64,000 nucleotides of DNA from Eledone cirrhosa (taxonomy: Eukaryota). Positions 61,916 through 64,000 of the stretch are shown here, in pieces. Each line of letters opens with the position of its first letter. Within the stretch, counting starts at the first letter, position 1. Below the pieces are notes generated by a model, which made no database searches, was not told where the DNA came from, and saw nothing but the letters and a program-made list of their open reading frames with translations. The translations under genes and the position numbers were made by a program. Location: positions 46,872,001-46,936,000 of the forward strand of contig OZ024748.1 of assembly GCA_964016885.1 (NCBI GenBank), given 5' to 3'.

Positions 61916-63519
61916 CCGGACAAAGAAGTGGGCCCAGAAGTATCTCCCATCTTTTCTTTGTTGATGACCTGAAGTTGTATGGGCCAAATATCAATGACAT
62001 CAAGAAACAATTGGACCTCATTACACAATTTTCAACCGACATCAAAATGAAATTTGGTGAGTCCAAGTGTACATATTTGGCAGTAAAACGTGGAAGAGCT
62101 GTGCCCTCCTCTAGAAATCTAGAGATGAACGGCCTGACATTACAACCGCTTCAGTCAGGTGACAACTACAGATATCTTGGACAGGATGAGAATGTCAGAT
62201 ATGATGGACCCATAAATAAGGAGAGAACCAGAACTGAATACCTCAGAAGAGTAAAGAAAATATGGTCATCAGAGCTGTCAGCATACAACAAATACATTGC
62301 CCACAATACTTATGCTGTGCCAATTCTAACGCCAACATTTGGCCTACTGAACTGGTCATTGCAAGAACTAAGTGAGATGGATGTTAGAACTCGAAAACTT
62401 CTCAGTGTTACTGGGAACTTTAACATCAATGGTGATGTGGATAGGCTATACTTCTCACGCAAGGAAGGTGGCCGGGGTCTAAAATCAATATTAACAACAT
62501 ATGAGACCCGGATAGTAACACTGAAGCAACACCTTCAACAGAGGAAAAAGGTTGGCAACCATCTTGCCCAGGTTTATGAGCATGAAAAAAGAAATATCAT
62601 TAGAATAGCGACTGATCTGGAGGAGAGATATGGAATAAAGCCTGATATAAATCTCTCACCCAGAGAAATCGGAAGATCCTATTCAATGTTCAAACAAGAT
62701 TAAAAAATTGACCAATTTACAGAAAAAGTTGTGCATGGATACTTGAGGCGTAAAATACAGACCATAGAGGGGATAAACCACTCAAAAAGCCTGGCATGGA
62801 GTTCCGACAAGTTTATGACATCACACCTTGAGGGATATCTCTATGCAATACAGGAACAAGAACTCCCTACCAAATGTAAAACAAAGATCGAGGATGTAAG
62901 CCACATTGTTGCCAGCTGCGAAAGAATGTCATCTCGCTACTACCTCCCCATGAGACACGATGGGATAGCTAGAACCATCTGGAACGCACTTCGGAAAACA
63001 AAATTAACAACAAACGAAGAAGAATATATTGAGACAGATGGCACTAAGGAATACTGGTGGAACCTGAAAATAAAAACTGCCACCAAATTAAAGCACAACC
63101 GGCCTGATATTGTAGTTTGGGACCACAGATTGAAAATGTGTTCTGTTGTGGAGATCAGCTGCCCACTTGATGTAAACGTTGTCAGAAAAATACAGGAGAA
63201 GGAGGACATCTACGGACCATTGATGAGGAGTTTACAAATCCAGTATCCAAGATACACCTTTAGCTTCATACCCATCATTATTGGTGCTACGGGTTATATA
63301 CCAACCCGCTTGGACCAAAGTATGACTGAACTTGGATTTGCGGACAAAAAGCGCAGCTCCCTAATTCATAGTCTACAAATGGCTGCGATAGCTGGCACCT
63401 TCAAAATTTGCAAAACATTCTTGCGATTCAAGGGATGACAATTTCTTTTCGTTTGCAACCTTGCCACCAGGAAAATGGCCGGTCAAAAAAATATACTCGA
63501 AATTAAGAGAAAGAGAAAA
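61916..63519 (+). mobile_element. 5'-truncated R4/Dong-like non-LTR element (RT C-terminal half plus restriction-like endonuclease)
   Basis: [34 protein letters not shown] and HNRPDIVV..VVEISCP..EKEDIY motifs. The two ORFs are in the same frame, split by TAA at 62701. The zinc knuckle appears to lack its first Cys. Flanked by (CATA)n. Confidence 0.9.
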
Positions 63520-63520
63520 C

Positions 63521-63607
<87 letters not shown>

Positions 63608-63869
63608 TATGTATATATACATACATATATATATATATACACATACATATATATATATACACATACATATATATATATACACATACATATATATATTAGG
63701 TTATGCAAGAAATGCTTAGGATTATCCTGAATGTAGTAATGGTTAATTACTACACTGGATAGAGTTGACGTACGGTGAGAGGTTACTCAACGAGTTATGG
63801 AAGAATAGGAATAGTTGGAGAAACTCAGTTTCTGATCCTTCTGTATTCCGAAGTGTAGATAAAGAATGA

Positions 63870-64000
63870 ATAATTGTTTCTACTTTAGGCACAAGGCCAG
63901 CAATTACCCAGTGCATTACTGGTACTTTATTTTATCGACCCCGTAAGGATGAAAGGCAAAGTCAACCACGGCGGGATTTGAACTCAAATCATAAAGGGAC
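63870..64000 (-). mobile_element. SINE family 1, cut by the window end
   Basis: Tail, central domain and B-box match the other copies. Confidence 0.88.

Overview
Animal (eukaryotic) DNA that is extremely rich in microsatellites and appears intronic or intergenic. The SINE families and repeat landscape suggest an octopus or related cephalopod (inference). I found no host protein-coding gene, rRNA, true tRNA or CRISPR, and almost all listed ORFs are microsatellite read-through. The only real coding remnants are non-LTR retrotransposon fragments: CR1-like RT (23.8-24.8 kb), a Penelope-like GIY-YIG endonuclease (57.3-57.6 kb), RTE-like RT (59.2-60.5 kb) and R4/Dong-like RT-RLE (61.9-63.5 kb). There are also many tRNA-derived SINEs. 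The main signal is hidden in short non-coding islands between (TA)n tracts. By hand-folding I found about 20 type I hammerhead ribozyme (HHR) motifs from about 12 sequence families, plus several broken copies. They include a young 469-bp HHR tandem array (retrozyme-like) folded into a 1-kb-arm inverted repeat, and 316-bp and 549-bp terminally redundant units. Four families carry a compensatory U3-A8 catalytic core. Insertions repeatedly occur as head-to-head inverted pairs, sometimes joining different families. One U3-A8 HHR lies downstream of the GIY-YIG ORF on the same strand, which points to Penelope-like elements as the mobiliser. All folds were read by eye; no folding program or database search was run and no activity has been shown.
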